Positions 26,954 through 35,562 of a stretch of DNA of 37,662 bases are shown one piece after another; position 1 is the first letter of the stretch; each line of letters begins with the position of its first letter. The notes under the pieces are model-generated. The model was not told the DNA's origin. It saw nothing but the letters and a program-made list of their open reading frames with translations, and searched no databases. The position numbers and the translations under genes were made by a program. This DNA comes from a virus (lineage: Duplodnaviria > Caudoviricetes), in IMG/VR virus record IMGVR_UViG_3300021963_000318, positions 1 to 37,662 of that record; one strand, given 5' to 3'.

Positions 26954-27823
26954 TTATATTCCTATTTTATTCACTGTGAAAATTACTCCTGGAGATTGCG
27001 GTATGGTGCTTCCAACAGGAGGAATGCTTGTTATAGCTGTTTTTCCCTGGTTGCTAGTCCACTCCAGAGCCACTACATCACCAGCAGAAAGTGCTAGAAA
27101 AAGATTCACTGTCATGAGGGTAGCACCAGGTGTACCTCCATGTATAGTGGGAGTGGTAATATAACTAGCTGATTTAGGAACATCGTTCCCGTTCAATGTA
27201 AACCACATTATAGCATCCTCAACATCGTTGCTAAAATTTTCAAACTGAGTACTAAACTGCAAATTGTACACCCCAGCATTAGCAATAGTGACATCACCTG
27301 TAAGAGGGTTGAGTGTCACTCCGTTTGAAAGATCAGTTACATCCAATAACACTTTTGCAGGTACGCCAGCAGCTGTATATTGTGCTTGAGCTACACCAGC
27401 CCCAATACTGTGATTGGCTCCATTAGAACCAGCTACACCCCTTGTAATACCCGTAAATGTATTTCCAGATATGCCAGTGTAGGCTATAATCTCTGCACCG
27501 ATTCTAATATATCCAGGAACATTAAACCCTGTTGTATCTACCACCTGAATTGGGTTGGTAGTGTTGGAGTTCATACCAGCTGTAAGGGTGGTGGCACTAT
27601 CAAATATGAAAGATCCATAATATAAGCTTACACCACTAGTACCAGAACTTCCAGAACTACCTGATACTCCACTTGTTCCTGAGGTACCGCTTGTTCCTGT
27701 AATTGTGCCTATATTATCGTTGAGGGTACAGAGCTGACAACCAGTTTGCTCCATTTGTTTAGCAATCTGCCACAACAGGTTGTCCTGTGTGCTCCAGCCT
27801 ATCTGTCTTGAAGGTATTGACAT
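26954..27823 (-). CDS. Fibre/decoration-like protein: N-terminal anchor, SG(T/S) triplet stalk, C1q/BclA-like head
   Basis: GTSGTSGTSGVSGSSGSSGTSG; YYGSF...AGVYNLQFSTQ...LSAGDVVALEW. Confidence 0.6.
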   Translation of the reverse strand: MSIPSRQIGWSTQDNLLWQIAKQMEQTGCQLCTLNDNIGTITGTSGTSGTSGVSGSSGSSGTSGVSLYYGSFIFDSATTLTAGMNSNTTNPIQVVDTTGFNVPGYIRIGAEIIAYTGISGNTFTGITRGVAGSNGANHSIGAGVAQAQYTAAGVPAKVLLDVTDLSNGVTLNPLTGDVTIANAGVYNLQFSTQFENFSNDVEDAIMWFTLNGNDVPKSASYITTPTIHGGTPGATLMTVNLFLALSAGDVVALEWTSNQGKTAITSIPPVGSTIPQSPGVIFTVNKIGI

Positions 27824-27832
27824 GAGATGTTA

Positions 27833-27863
27833 CAAATATATGGTGATTGTTAGAGAAAACAAT
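27833..27863 (-). promoter_or_regulatory. Bacteroidota sigma-type promoter
   Basis: Minus strand ATTG-N19-TATATTTG, 9 nt before ATG 27823. Confidence 0.6.
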
Positions 27864-27905
27864 GAGCATCAACAATTTACAATAACTAAATTAGTTAAAA
27901 CGGCT

Positions 27906-28127
27906 CTAACTAAATTTGTTTAAATGCCTGGACAGCAAAATATAGCAGACAAAGAATAATCCTGAAACGCAGTAAAAGATAGCGTCTGCTATCCAATATG
28001 ATCCAGTGGCTTCCATTAATAATCGAAAAAGTGCATCGTATCCAAAAGGCAAAAAGAACATTGCCAGCATCAGAGATGTTTCTCTCAAGGCCTTTAGCCT
28101 GTTTCTTTGTTTTCTTAACATGCTCAC
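27906..28127 (-). CDS. Small membrane protein with two hydrophobic segments
   Basis: LMLAMFFLPFGYD and AIFYCVSGLFFVCYILLS; start uncertain. Confidence 0.55.
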   Translation of the reverse strand: MSMLRKQRNRLKALRETSLMLAMFFLPFGYDALFRLLMEATGSYWIADAIFYCVSGLFFVCYILLSRHLNKFS

Positions 28128-28148
28128 CGTCCATACAGGGGGGTTTGG

Positions 28149-28274
28149 TTATCTGCCTTGACCTCTATATTTAGAGACCTTTTTATCTTTTGGACCTCTG
28201 GATTTTCTAGCTTTGCCACCCTTGCGTTTGCCAAAGGTGATTTTCCTAGAGTCTGTTAGTTTTCCTTTTGCCAT
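28149..28274 (-). CDS. 41-aa basic protein ending YRGQGR, not in the ORF track
   Basis: MAKGKLTDSRKITFGKRKGGKARKSRGPKDKKVSKYRGQGR. Confidence 0.65.
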   Translation of the reverse strand: MAKGKLTDSRKITFGKRKGGKARKSRGPKDKKVSKYRGQGR

Positions 28275-28278
28275 GGTT

Positions 28279-28707
28279 TTATTTATTTAACATTATAGAT
28301 GTATATACAGTCCAAGCAGCTAGAAGGCTGAGAACACCTACAACAACGTTTTTATGATCACGCTTGAGAAAGCGGATGGTGTTTTCAGCTTCTTCATATT
28401 TACCCTTATACAGATCCACCTGCTTAGTAACCACTCCTATCTCATCCATGGACTTAGACAGGTTCTTAGAAAGCTGTATATTTCTAGCTCCCATGCTTGC
28501 CATTTGCTTACGAAGGGTGAGAGTGAGCTCATTAAGTGTTGATAATGAATCATTTAGAAGGGTGAACTGGTTGTTTATATCCTGTCCCTGCTTAACGGTC
28601 ATTATCACCACAGTGTCCTTACCTATTGTCTTTACCGTTGGATACTGGCAGTAACTTGAAAGGCTTACCAGCATCAACAGCGTCATCAAGCTTAGTCTTA
28701 AGTTCAT
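28279..28707 (-). CDS. Exported coiled-coil protein with a C-terminal TM (spanin-like candidate)
   Basis: N-terminal signal peptide ending SSYC|Q, heptad region, C-terminal hydrophobic helix. Confidence 0.5.
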   Translation of the reverse strand: MNLRLSLMTLLMLVSLSSYCQYPTVKTIGKDTVVIMTVKQGQDINNQFTLLNDSLSTLNELTLTLRKQMASMGARNIQLSKNLSKSMDEIGVVTKQVDLYKGKYEEAENTIRFLKRDHKNVVVGVLSLLAAWTVYTSIMLNK

Positions 28708-28942
28708 TGTTTTCCTCTTTAAGGGTTTTCACTTCTTCTTTGAGCGTGGTGATTTGCTGGACTGTTTTGGTGACTTTTTTGTTGATGAGTTCGTCACTTC
28801 TTCTTCCAACGCTGTCAGCTGTGATAAAGCTTTTTTCACTTTGTTCAAGAATTGAATCAACTGATTGAGTTTCATTGCTTTGTATGTTTGTTTCTGGAGA
28901 GCTACAGCCCACCAAAAAGATTAATAAAAATATAAGTCTCAT
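28619..28942 (-). CDS. Lipoprotein with coiled coil (o-spanin-like candidate)
   Basis: MRLIFLLIFLVG-C lipobox; heptad repeats. Confidence 0.55.
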   Translation of the reverse strand: MRLIFLLIFLVGCSSPETNIQSNETQSVDSILEQSEKSFITADSVGRRSDELINKKVTKTVQQITTLKEEVKTLKEENNELKTKLDDAVDAGKPFKLLPVSNGKDNR

Positions 28943-28944
28943 GA

Positions 28945-29238
28945 TTATTTGATTTTACCAAGTTCCTGGAGAGTGGCTATTTTAGACATAGCAGAACTGA
29001 GTGCACTGTCAGACTTACAAAGCTGATTAGTGAGCTGGTCCACCTTTGTCTCTAACACCTCAATCTTTTGTCCTTGTTTTTCAATTTGGTTATTAGCGTT
29101 CACCTTTCCATCCACATAGAGGTAGCCCACAGCCACCAAGCAGATGAACATGAGCCCTTTTACAGGCTCTTTGGCAAACTCCTTAAAACTTATTGGAAGA
29201 GCATTAACATTAAGCTCCTTCGCTGCTTTCTTCACCAT
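28945..29238 (-). CDS. Single-TM coiled-coil protein (i-spanin/holin-like candidate)
   Basis: GLMFICLVAVGYLYV TM followed by a coiled coil. Confidence 0.5.
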   Translation of the reverse strand: MVKKAAKELNVNALPISFKEFAKEPVKGLMFICLVAVGYLYVDGKVNANNQIEKQGQKIEVLETKVDQLTNQLCKSDSALSSAMSKIATLQELGKIK

Positions 29239-29479
29239 TGTTATTTCCTTTTGTCTTGTTAATAAATTTATCTACAGAGGCTATACCAAAGCAGGCTATT
29301 GTTAATATCTTAAATGAGTCAAATATGAATTCGTTAACTAACAATGGCTTATTCATAGCTCCTGTAACAATATCTGCCACAGCAAATATTGTCATCATGA
29401 TGAATGCAGCAAATCCAATAACTGCCTTCTCATTGATAGAATTACTGTCGTTAAATAGATCGTGTAAGAATTTTTTCAT
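29210..29479 (-). CDS. Putative holin
   Basis: Two TM segments, charged C-terminus, adjacent to the endolysin. Confidence 0.55.
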   Translation of the reverse strand: MKKFLHDLFNDSNSINEKAVIGFAAFIMMTIFAVADIVTGAMNKPLLVNEFIFDSFKILTIACFGIASVDKFINKTKGNNNGEESSEGA

Positions 29480-30069
29480 GATAATAGATTGTGGTATTCT
29501 TTAAAATGTTTCAAACGGTCAGGAAGACCAATTGTACCTCCATTTACGCACTTACTTACAGCTGTAACAGTGATGTCAGAAGCGTCTACACACTTCTTAA
29601 GACAGTTCTTGTGGAAAAACCACGCTGCTGAAAGAAGGGGATATTTAGTGGCTACAAGGTCTGGGGTGGCTAATATGTCCTCAGGAACCACAGCATCAAA
29701 TGCTTTATAGTTGTCTTTTCCTGTAAGCTGAATATAGCCTCTTCCACGAAACTTATATCCCTCACCAGAAGCCTCAGGACCATTTCCCATTCTTCCTCCA
29801 TACACCAGATTAGCTATCTTTTCAGGTTTACGCTCGTATTCCTTAGCTTTAGCTTCTGTAGGAAAATACTTCTTAAAGATGGATAGGAGCCCTTTAGCTC
29901 CATAATTGAGGTTTTCATTCACCACCTTAAACCCACCAGATTCATGTCCTGCTTGGGCTAAGAAATGGGCTAATTTAACGGGGGTGTCTAGTTCAAATTT
30001 GGAGATGGTGTCAGGTAGCTGAGCTATTACAGCATCAGGAATGTGACCTTTTAGTTTTTCTATATTCAT
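29476..30069 (-). CDS. GH19 (chitinase-like) endolysin
   Basis: HFLAQAGHESGG, ENLNY, FRGRGYIQLTGKDNY, SAAWFF, VNGG. Confidence 0.9.
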   Translation of the reverse strand: MNIEKLKGHIPDAVIAQLPDTISKFELDTPVKLAHFLAQAGHESGGFKVVNENLNYGAKGLLSIFKKYFPTEAKAKEYERKPEKIANLVYGGRMGNGPEASGEGYKFRGRGYIQLTGKDNYKAFDAVVPEDILATPDLVATKYPLLSAAWFFHKNCLKKCVDASDITVTAVSKCVNGGTIGLPDRLKHFKEYHNLLS

Positions 30070-30677
30070 TTTTTAAGCTTTATCTTCCAAAATGCACCTA
30101 TTCCGTATTGTAAATCGCCATAAGTATTTACACTTAGTGACCCTGACAAAGCAAAATCCTTCCTGGTTTTCAGAAGAGCAGATGCCCCTATTTGCTGATT
30201 ATCACCACCAGTTTGGAAGACCCCCCCTACATACAGCTGTGTCACTTTTTTTGGAGGAATTGTGACAGTCTCCTTGATAATGGGATACTTAATATTCACC
30301 TGTGTGCCTCTACCTACAATTAGGTTTTTCTGTACAGTGTCTGTTATCTTTACATACCCATTTGTATCAATGCGTATGGAGTCCTCCATGATGTTCTTTG
30401 CAAGTAATTGATTTACAATCTCTTGGTACTGAATCACTAGCTTTGCATAATTGGTGTCTGGTATATACTGGTTGATAATGGTGTCATGTGATTCTATCTC
30501 AATAGTCTTTACCAGCTGAGGTTTGCTGTATATCAGGGAGTCTTTTACCACCCAAGCTGTATCCCTAACAATCGTAGGTTCTTCAGAAGGATTAGGTTGA
30601 GCACACTTTTGTAGAGCCACCACTATTAGTAGCACCACTATGGCTAAGCTCAATAAATTCTTCTTAACAAACTCCAT
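30066..30677 (-). CDS. Membrane-anchored lysis-cassette protein
   Basis: N-terminal TM, VRDT/HDTI repeats, amphipathic C-terminal beta-strands. Confidence 0.5.
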   Translation of the reverse strand: MEFVKKNLLSLAIVVLLIVVALQKCAQPNPSEEPTIVRDTAWVVKDSLIYSKPQLVKTIEIESHDTIINQYIPDTNYAKLVIQYQEIVNQLLAKNIMEDSIRIDTNGYVKITDTVQKNLIVGRGTQVNIKYPIIKETVTIPPKKVTQLYVGGVFQTGGDNQQIGASALLKTRKDFALSGSLSVNTYGDLQYGIGAFWKIKLKK

Positions 30678-30678
30678 A

Positions 30679-30999
30679 TCAATTAGTTAGGTTGGCAATA
30701 ATTTTGGTGACATATTCAGCTCCCATAACAAGTGCGCCTATAATGGCAGCAGCCCAATACACCTTTTTCTTGAATTCCTCATGCTTCTCCACCTGCTTTT
30801 CTAGCTTGTTTATCTTCTCTTCCAGATACTCAATATCTTTAACAAACCCACCCTGTTTTGTGAGGGGGTTGCCCAAAATAGCGTCTACCACTTGTGTAAG
30901 TTTGGTATCTATGGAGGTCATTTTCTCCTCTAGATCATAAAGACGCTGGTCCATGCTTTTTAATTCTTCTTTTACTTGTTCTTCAAATAGGTTTTCCAT
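30679..30999 (-). CDS. Coiled-coil protein with a C-terminal TM (holin/XhlA-like)
   Basis: Heptads followed by VYWAAAIIGALVMGA. Confidence 0.55.
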   Translation of the reverse strand: MENLFEEQVKEELKSMDQRLYDLEEKMTSIDTKLTQVVDAILGNPLTKQGGFVKDIEYLEEKINKLEKQVEKHEEFKKKVYWAAAIIGALVMGAEYVTKIIANLTN

Positions 31000-31027
31000 A
31001 GCACATTTACATAGGAAAGGGGTTTAT

Positions 31028-31077
31028 AAAAGCATAGCACTCCCAGATCTCTCCGAACAGAAACCAGAAGTGCTATG
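31028..31077 (-). promoter_or_regulatory. Long hairpin with short U tract in the lysis-cassette 5' leader (attenuator-like)
   Basis: CATAGCACT...GTTCGG...AGTGCTATG followed by CTTTT. Confidence 0.5.
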
Positions 31078-31151
31078 TAATTTGGCCTGAAATAAAATCC
31101 CCAGGACGGGGCATAATATAGCAATAACCTGACAGAGTAGGTGTCTCGTGG

Positions 31152-31183
31152 CAAATCTATGAAAAAGTTTTGAAACTACCAAA
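31152..31183 (-). promoter_or_regulatory. Bacteroidota sigma-type promoter for the lysis cassette
   Basis: Minus strand TTTG-N20-TAGATTTG. Confidence 0.7.
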
Positions 31184-31200
31184 TATTTTTTCTACCTTTG
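31169..31200 (+). promoter_or_regulatory. Bacteroidota sigma-type promoter for the GT fusion gene
   Basis: TTTG-N20-TACCTTTG. Confidence 0.7.
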
Positions 31201-31220
31201 GGACAGAAAATCAAGTGGTT

Positions 31221-34200
31221 ATGCCCAATAGTTATGACTATTTCAAGCAGGATGTAAGACAGTGGTTTATAGATAATGTTCCCTTAAACAAAAGAATCTT
31301 AGATGTGGGTCCTGGACAGGGCACCTATTCAGAGCTCCTAAGAGACCTAGGATATAGAATAGATGCTGTGGAGGTGTTTGCTCCCTACGTGGATAGGTTT
31401 GATTTAAGGGATAAATATGATAGTGTTTATGTGGCAAACATCCTAAATTTTGATGTAAAACCCTATGACTTCATCATTCTAGGAGATGTGCTAGAACACA
31501 TTCCTACAGAGCTAGCCCAAAACCTGCTTACAGATTTTGATTTAATGGACAAGAGGTTTCTAGTGGCTGTACCCTATATGATGCCTCAGGATGGTGAGCA
31601 GTATGGGAATGAATATGAAACTCATCATCAGCCAGATCTCACACCAGAGGTGATAGCAAAACGCTATCCAGGACTAGTGAAGCTGTACGATAACCAGTGG
31701 TATGGATATTATGTAAATGAGGATGTTAGATGGGAAAAAGCCTATGTGCTCTATGCTACAGAGAGCTATAAAGAAACTGTCCAAGCCTGTGTAGATTCCA
31801 TTTTAACATTTAGCAAGTTTCCTGTGGTAATGGTGTATATGCTCAACTCAGATGTAAAAATTGAAGGAGCAGTCACCTTTCGTTGGAATTGTGATGTCAA
31901 GGATATACCCCAACAGAAATATATTGACAGGTCTAATAGCGACATCTATAACATCCTTATACAGCGTCCACTAATTGTTAAAGATGCATTAACACATGCT
32001 AAAATAGTGGCTTATATAGATAGTGATAGTGTTGCCACCAAGTATATAGACAGGATATTTAGCTTCTTCTCACCAAAGTCCGTTTATCCCTATTTCACAG
32101 AAGGGATATATGACTGGATGATACTTAATGGTAGAGGTGGGGCTGACAGTAGAGATGATATGTCAGGCACCCTTGAACATCCAGCCTGTGAGCTGTTTGG
32201 TGTGGACCAATACATCAGGGATAAATATAGACAGACAGGGTATTTTGTAGCTGGTGATTGGTGTATAGACTTCCTAGATGAGTGGGCATGGATGTGTAAC
32301 CATCCAAGGATAATTCAGAATCCACAATGGTATGCTCCCTATCACGAGGAAACCATAGCTAATGTACTTCTATGGAAATACAAAGCCTTTAGTGGACTGC
32401 CATACATATACATTAATGGGTCCTTAGATAGGGTGAATAATTTAACATTCACAGGTAGGAAGCAACACACCAACCATTTTGTTGCTGTGCCTGCTGTTGA
32501 GAATCAACTGCTATTCTACCATGGAGAGAAGGATGCTGTCACTATGTACAGGATGATAGAGCGTCAAAAGAACCAGCTAAAGGTGTTATTCCTTGCACCA
32601 CATCTATCTACAGGAGGCATGCCTGCATTCCTTCTAGAGAGAATCAAAGACCTAATTAAATACACCAACACTAGAATCATTGTGGTGGAATATGCCAATC
32701 ACAGTGATCATTATGTAGTGCAGAAAAAACAGATAAAAGAGCTAGCTCACCACTTCTACACACTAGGAACTGATAAACTAGAGATAGTGGATATTATTAA
32801 AAGACATGCTGTAGATATAGTGCACATAGATGAGATGGTGGAAGATGGGCATAATAACTGGCCAGAAGAGGTGAGACAAGCTATTTACAATCCAGATAGA
32901 ACCTGGAGAGTGATTGAAACATGTCACAACATTATATTCAAACCAGATATTGAGAAGCGCTATCATCCAGATGCATATGCATTCTGTACTCCTTTCCATC
33001 TAAAGACATTTGCTAACATGCCTTCTAGAAAAGAGGTGATAGAATATCCTATTGTAAGGAAAAACAGTGCACCTATGATAGGATGGGGACCAGGGAAACA
33101 TGTGCTCAATGTAGGACTATGGACTCCTGGAAAGAATCAAGGAGAAGCTGTAGAGCTAGCTAGACAAATGCCAGATGTAACATTTCATTTTGTAGGAAAT
33201 CAAGCAGGCAACTTCCAGCACTACTGGGAACCTATTATGAAAGACCTACCTTCTAATGTACATGTGTGGGGAGAAAGAGATGATATAGATGGGTTTATGG
33301 CATCTGCAGATGTGTTCCTATTCAATAGCACATTTGAATGTAATCCACTAGTGATTAGAGAAGCTATAGGACACGGGTTACCAATTCTAGCTCGCAATCT
33401 TCCTCAATATGGAGATATGTTCACGCCCTATATTACAGATCTGAAGCCTGAGAAAATGAAAGAACAGCTCACAGAGCTGTTAAAAACTAAACCAACATAC
33501 ACCATTCCCGTAGAACAAAGACTTCAGTTTGCTCAAAAACACATTGATTTATATCATGAGGTGGTAGATAAACCAATACAGCCTCAAGAGGAAAGCGTGA
33601 CAATTGTTCACTATTTTATTCATGAACCGTTTCTAGAAATAAGAGGAAACTCTAAAAGCAAATTCCTAGTTAAATATTTTGATGAGCAGGGAACATGTCA
33701 CTTTGATAGTGAAATCACCACTAACAACTGGGTGAAGCTCAACAGAAGATGGTATACCAAATGGACTATTAAGGTGTGGAAGGATGGTGATTTGTATTAT
33801 GAATACACACTAGACTACACAGGTAAGCGTGTGTACATAGCTTTTGACAGTAAGTCACTAGGAGACACTATAGCCTGGATGCCTTATGTGTTAGAGTTTC
33901 AGAAAAAGCACAATTGTAAGGTGGTGGTGAGCACACACAAAAACTTTCTCTTTAAAGATGTCTATCCAGAGCTTGAGTTTGTCAAGCCTGGAGAGAGGAT
34001 AGATAACATTATTGGTATGTACAGCATAGGATGGTTTTACAATCCTGACAAAGAACCGCTTTTGTGTAACACTATAAGGCTTCAAGAGGCAGCTACAAAC
34101 ATCTTAGGCCTTGATTATCAAGAACTTAAACCAAGAATTAGCTTTACGCCTGGTAACAATTTATATGGTAAATATGTTACGATAGCCACTAATTCTACAG

Positions 34201-34649
34201 CTGGCTGTAAGTTTTGGACCAAGGATGGATGGCAGCTATTAATCAACTTCCTACATGAGAAGGGATATAGGGTGATAAACACCTCACAGGAAAGAAATCC
34301 TTTTGACAATTGTGAACAGCTGGAAGACTGCTCTATAGAAAACACGATGAATGTTATTCATCATAGCCATCTATTTATAGGACTATCTAGTGGGCTTAGC
34401 TGGTTAGCGTGGGCTATGGATAAGAAGGTGGTGATGATATCCAACTTCACAGAGGCTGACCATGAGTTTAGCTGTATAAGAATACACAGAGAAGATGTAT
34501 GTCATGGATGCTGGAATAAACCACATTTCAGATTTGATCCAGGAGATTGGGATTGGTGTCCTGAGCACAAAGGCACAGACAGACAATGGGAATGCCATAA
34601 AAAAATAAAGGCTAGCCAGGTGATATTATCCCTGCTAGCCCATATTTAG
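31221..34649 (+). CDS. Multidomain SAM methyltransferase / GT-A / GT4 / Aah-TibC-like O-heptosyltransferase fusion
   Basis: ILDVGPGQG and GDVLEH; YIDSDS; HLSTGGMP, KNQ, ECNPLVIREA; SLGDTIAW, FIGLSSGLSWLAW, CHGCWN...WCP...EC; start set to ATG 31221 downstream of the promoter. Confidence 0.8.
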   Translation: MPNSYDYFKQDVRQWFIDNVPLNKRILDVGPGQGTYSELLRDLGYRIDAVEVFAPYVDRFDLRDKYDSVYVANILNFDVKPYDFIILGDVLEHIPTELAQNLLTDFDLMDKRFLVAVPYMMPQDGEQYGNEYETHHQPDLTPEVIAKRYPGLVKLYDNQWYGYYVNEDVRWEKAYVLYATESYKETVQACVDSILTFSKFPVVMVYMLNSDVKIEGAVTFRWNCDVKDIPQQKYIDRSNSDIYNILIQRPLIVKDALTHAKIVAYIDSDSVATKYIDRIFSFFSPKSVYPYFTEGIYDWMILNGRGGADSRDDMSGTLEHPACELFGVDQYIRDKYRQTGYFVAGDWCIDFLDEWAWMCNHPRIIQNPQWYAPYHEETIANVLLWKYKAFSGLPYIYINGSLDRVNNLTFTGRKQHTNHFVAVPAVENQLLFYHGEKDAVTMYRMIERQKNQLKVLFLAPHLSTGGMPAFLLERIKDLIKYTNTRIIVVEYANHSDHYVVQKKQIKELAHHFYTLGTDKLEIVDIIKRHAVDIVHIDEMVEDGHNNWPEEVRQAIYNPDRTWRVIETCHNIIFKPDIEKRYHPDAYAFCTPFHLKTFANMPSRKEVIEYPIVRKNSAPMIGWGPGKHVLNVGLWTPGKNQGEAVELARQMPDVTFHFVGNQAGNFQHYWEPIMKDLPSNVHVWGERDDIDGFMASADVFLFNSTFECNPLVIREAIGHGLPILARNLPQYGDMFTPYITDLKPEKMKEQLTELLKTKPTYTIPVEQRLQFAQKHIDLYHEVVDKPIQPQEESVTIVHYFIHEPFLEIRGNSKSKFLVKYFDEQGTCHFDSEITTNNWVKLNRRWYTKWTIKVWKDGDLYYEYTLDYTGKRVYIAFDSKSLGDTIAWMPYVLEFQKKHNCKVVVSTHKNFLFKDVYPELEFVKPGERIDNIIGMYSIGWFYNPDKEPLLCNTIRLQEAATNILGLDYQELKPRISFTPGNNLYGKYVTIATNSTAGCKFWTKDGWQLLINFLHEKGYRVINTSQERNPFDNCEQLEDCSIENTMNVIHHSHLFIGLSSGLSWLAWAMDKKVVMISNFTEADHEFSCIRIHREDVCHGCWNKPHFRFDPGDWDWCPEHKGTDRQWECHKKIKASQVILSLLAHI

Positions 34650-34657
34650 TCTATTTA

Positions 34658-34996
34658 TTAAGAATTAGTATATTCAATTATATCATATTCTACATTTATA
34701 CCAATGTTGATAGATTCAATATCAGGAATGATGATGATTTTAAGTTTCTTTTGTTCAATTAAATCCATCAGCTGATTAGACAGATGATACATTATCTCAA
34801 TAGCAGACCAAGGATTCTTTTCATCTGTAGGAACATCTCTAATAGCTATTAATACTTTACCCCCTTCATTAATTACTTGATTAAACATTTCTTTATGACC
34901 CCTATGAAGAGGTTGCCATCTTCCTATAAAAAGTGCCCATTGATTTTCAGTCTTAGGTAGAGAACTCTTTACATGAACTTTTTTAGACCATCCCAT
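34658..34996 (-). CDS. HIGH-family nucleotidyltransferase (cytidylyltransferase/NadM-like), C-terminus apparently truncated
   Basis: FIGRWQPLHRGH, IAIRD, NPW, PDIESI; lacks the usual IS(A/S)TxIR motif; ATG 34996. Confidence 0.7.
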   Translation of the reverse strand: MGWSKKVHVKSSLPKTENQWALFIGRWQPLHRGHKEMFNQVINEGGKVLIAIRDVPTDEKNPWSAIEIMYHLSNQLMDLIEQKKLKIIIIPDIESINIGINVEYDIIEYTNS

Positions 34997-34997
34997 A

Positions 34998-35552
34998 TTA
35001 TTTGGTTTTAATATGATTAACAATACTCTCACATAAAGATATGAAATAATCTTGATCAAATTTGTTTTTCATTATGTTTATGTGCTTGTGTACAAACTGT
35101 ATATTGTCTTTTACATAACCTCTAGAAGAGTCAATTCTGTCTAAACTAACTGTTTTAGTTACAGTATCTTTTCTCACCTTTGAAAATTCAATAGGTAATC
35201 CTGACAAAGCGCACTTTCCATTTTGTTTTAGAAAAAGTTCCCACAGATCTTCTATGGTTATATCAAACTCTATTTTTCTAGATTCAGCTCCTCTTTTAAT
35301 ATTTGAATAGAAATCTCTAGGAATATCACCAAAACCTTTCCAACTCTTGTGATCTTTGTTTTTGAGATTGGTCATGCATCCACAACTTCTAGTGTATCCA
35401 TTCTGTAAGTGTTTTCTCTGAATAAGCTTTACATTTCCACACTCACACTTGCACACCCACATTCTTTCTCCAGATGCACTCTTATCACCCTTGTATTCTA
35501 AGGCAGTTAGTTTTCCAAACTTATGTCCTGTTAAATCTATTGTTACCGCCAT
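34998..35552 (-). CDS. Free-standing His-Me-finger/HNH-like homing endonuclease
   Basis: DLTG..FGKLT, WVCKCECG, SCGC; KCALSG, SLDRIDSSRGY..DNIQFV...N.MK. Confidence 0.75.
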   Translation of the reverse strand: MAVTIDLTGHKFGKLTALEYKGDKSASGERMWVCKCECGNVKLIQRKHLQNGYTRSCGCMTNLKNKDHKSWKGFGDIPRDFYSNIKRGAESRKIEFDITIEDLWELFLKQNGKCALSGLPIEFSKVRKDTVTKTVSLDRIDSSRGYVKDNIQFVHKHINIMKNKFDQDYFISLCESIVNHIKTK

Positions 35553-35562
35553 AATTTTGAAT

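Noticed and set aside
24922-27823. Paralogous repeats as diversity-generating retroelement TR/VR pairs
   Set aside because: Differences are not adenine-specific, the repeats are N-terminal, and there is no reverse transcriptase in the window
30972-31154. 60-aa minus-strand ORF as a leader peptide
   Set aside because: Its TTG start lies within the -7 promoter element, upstream of the likely transcription start
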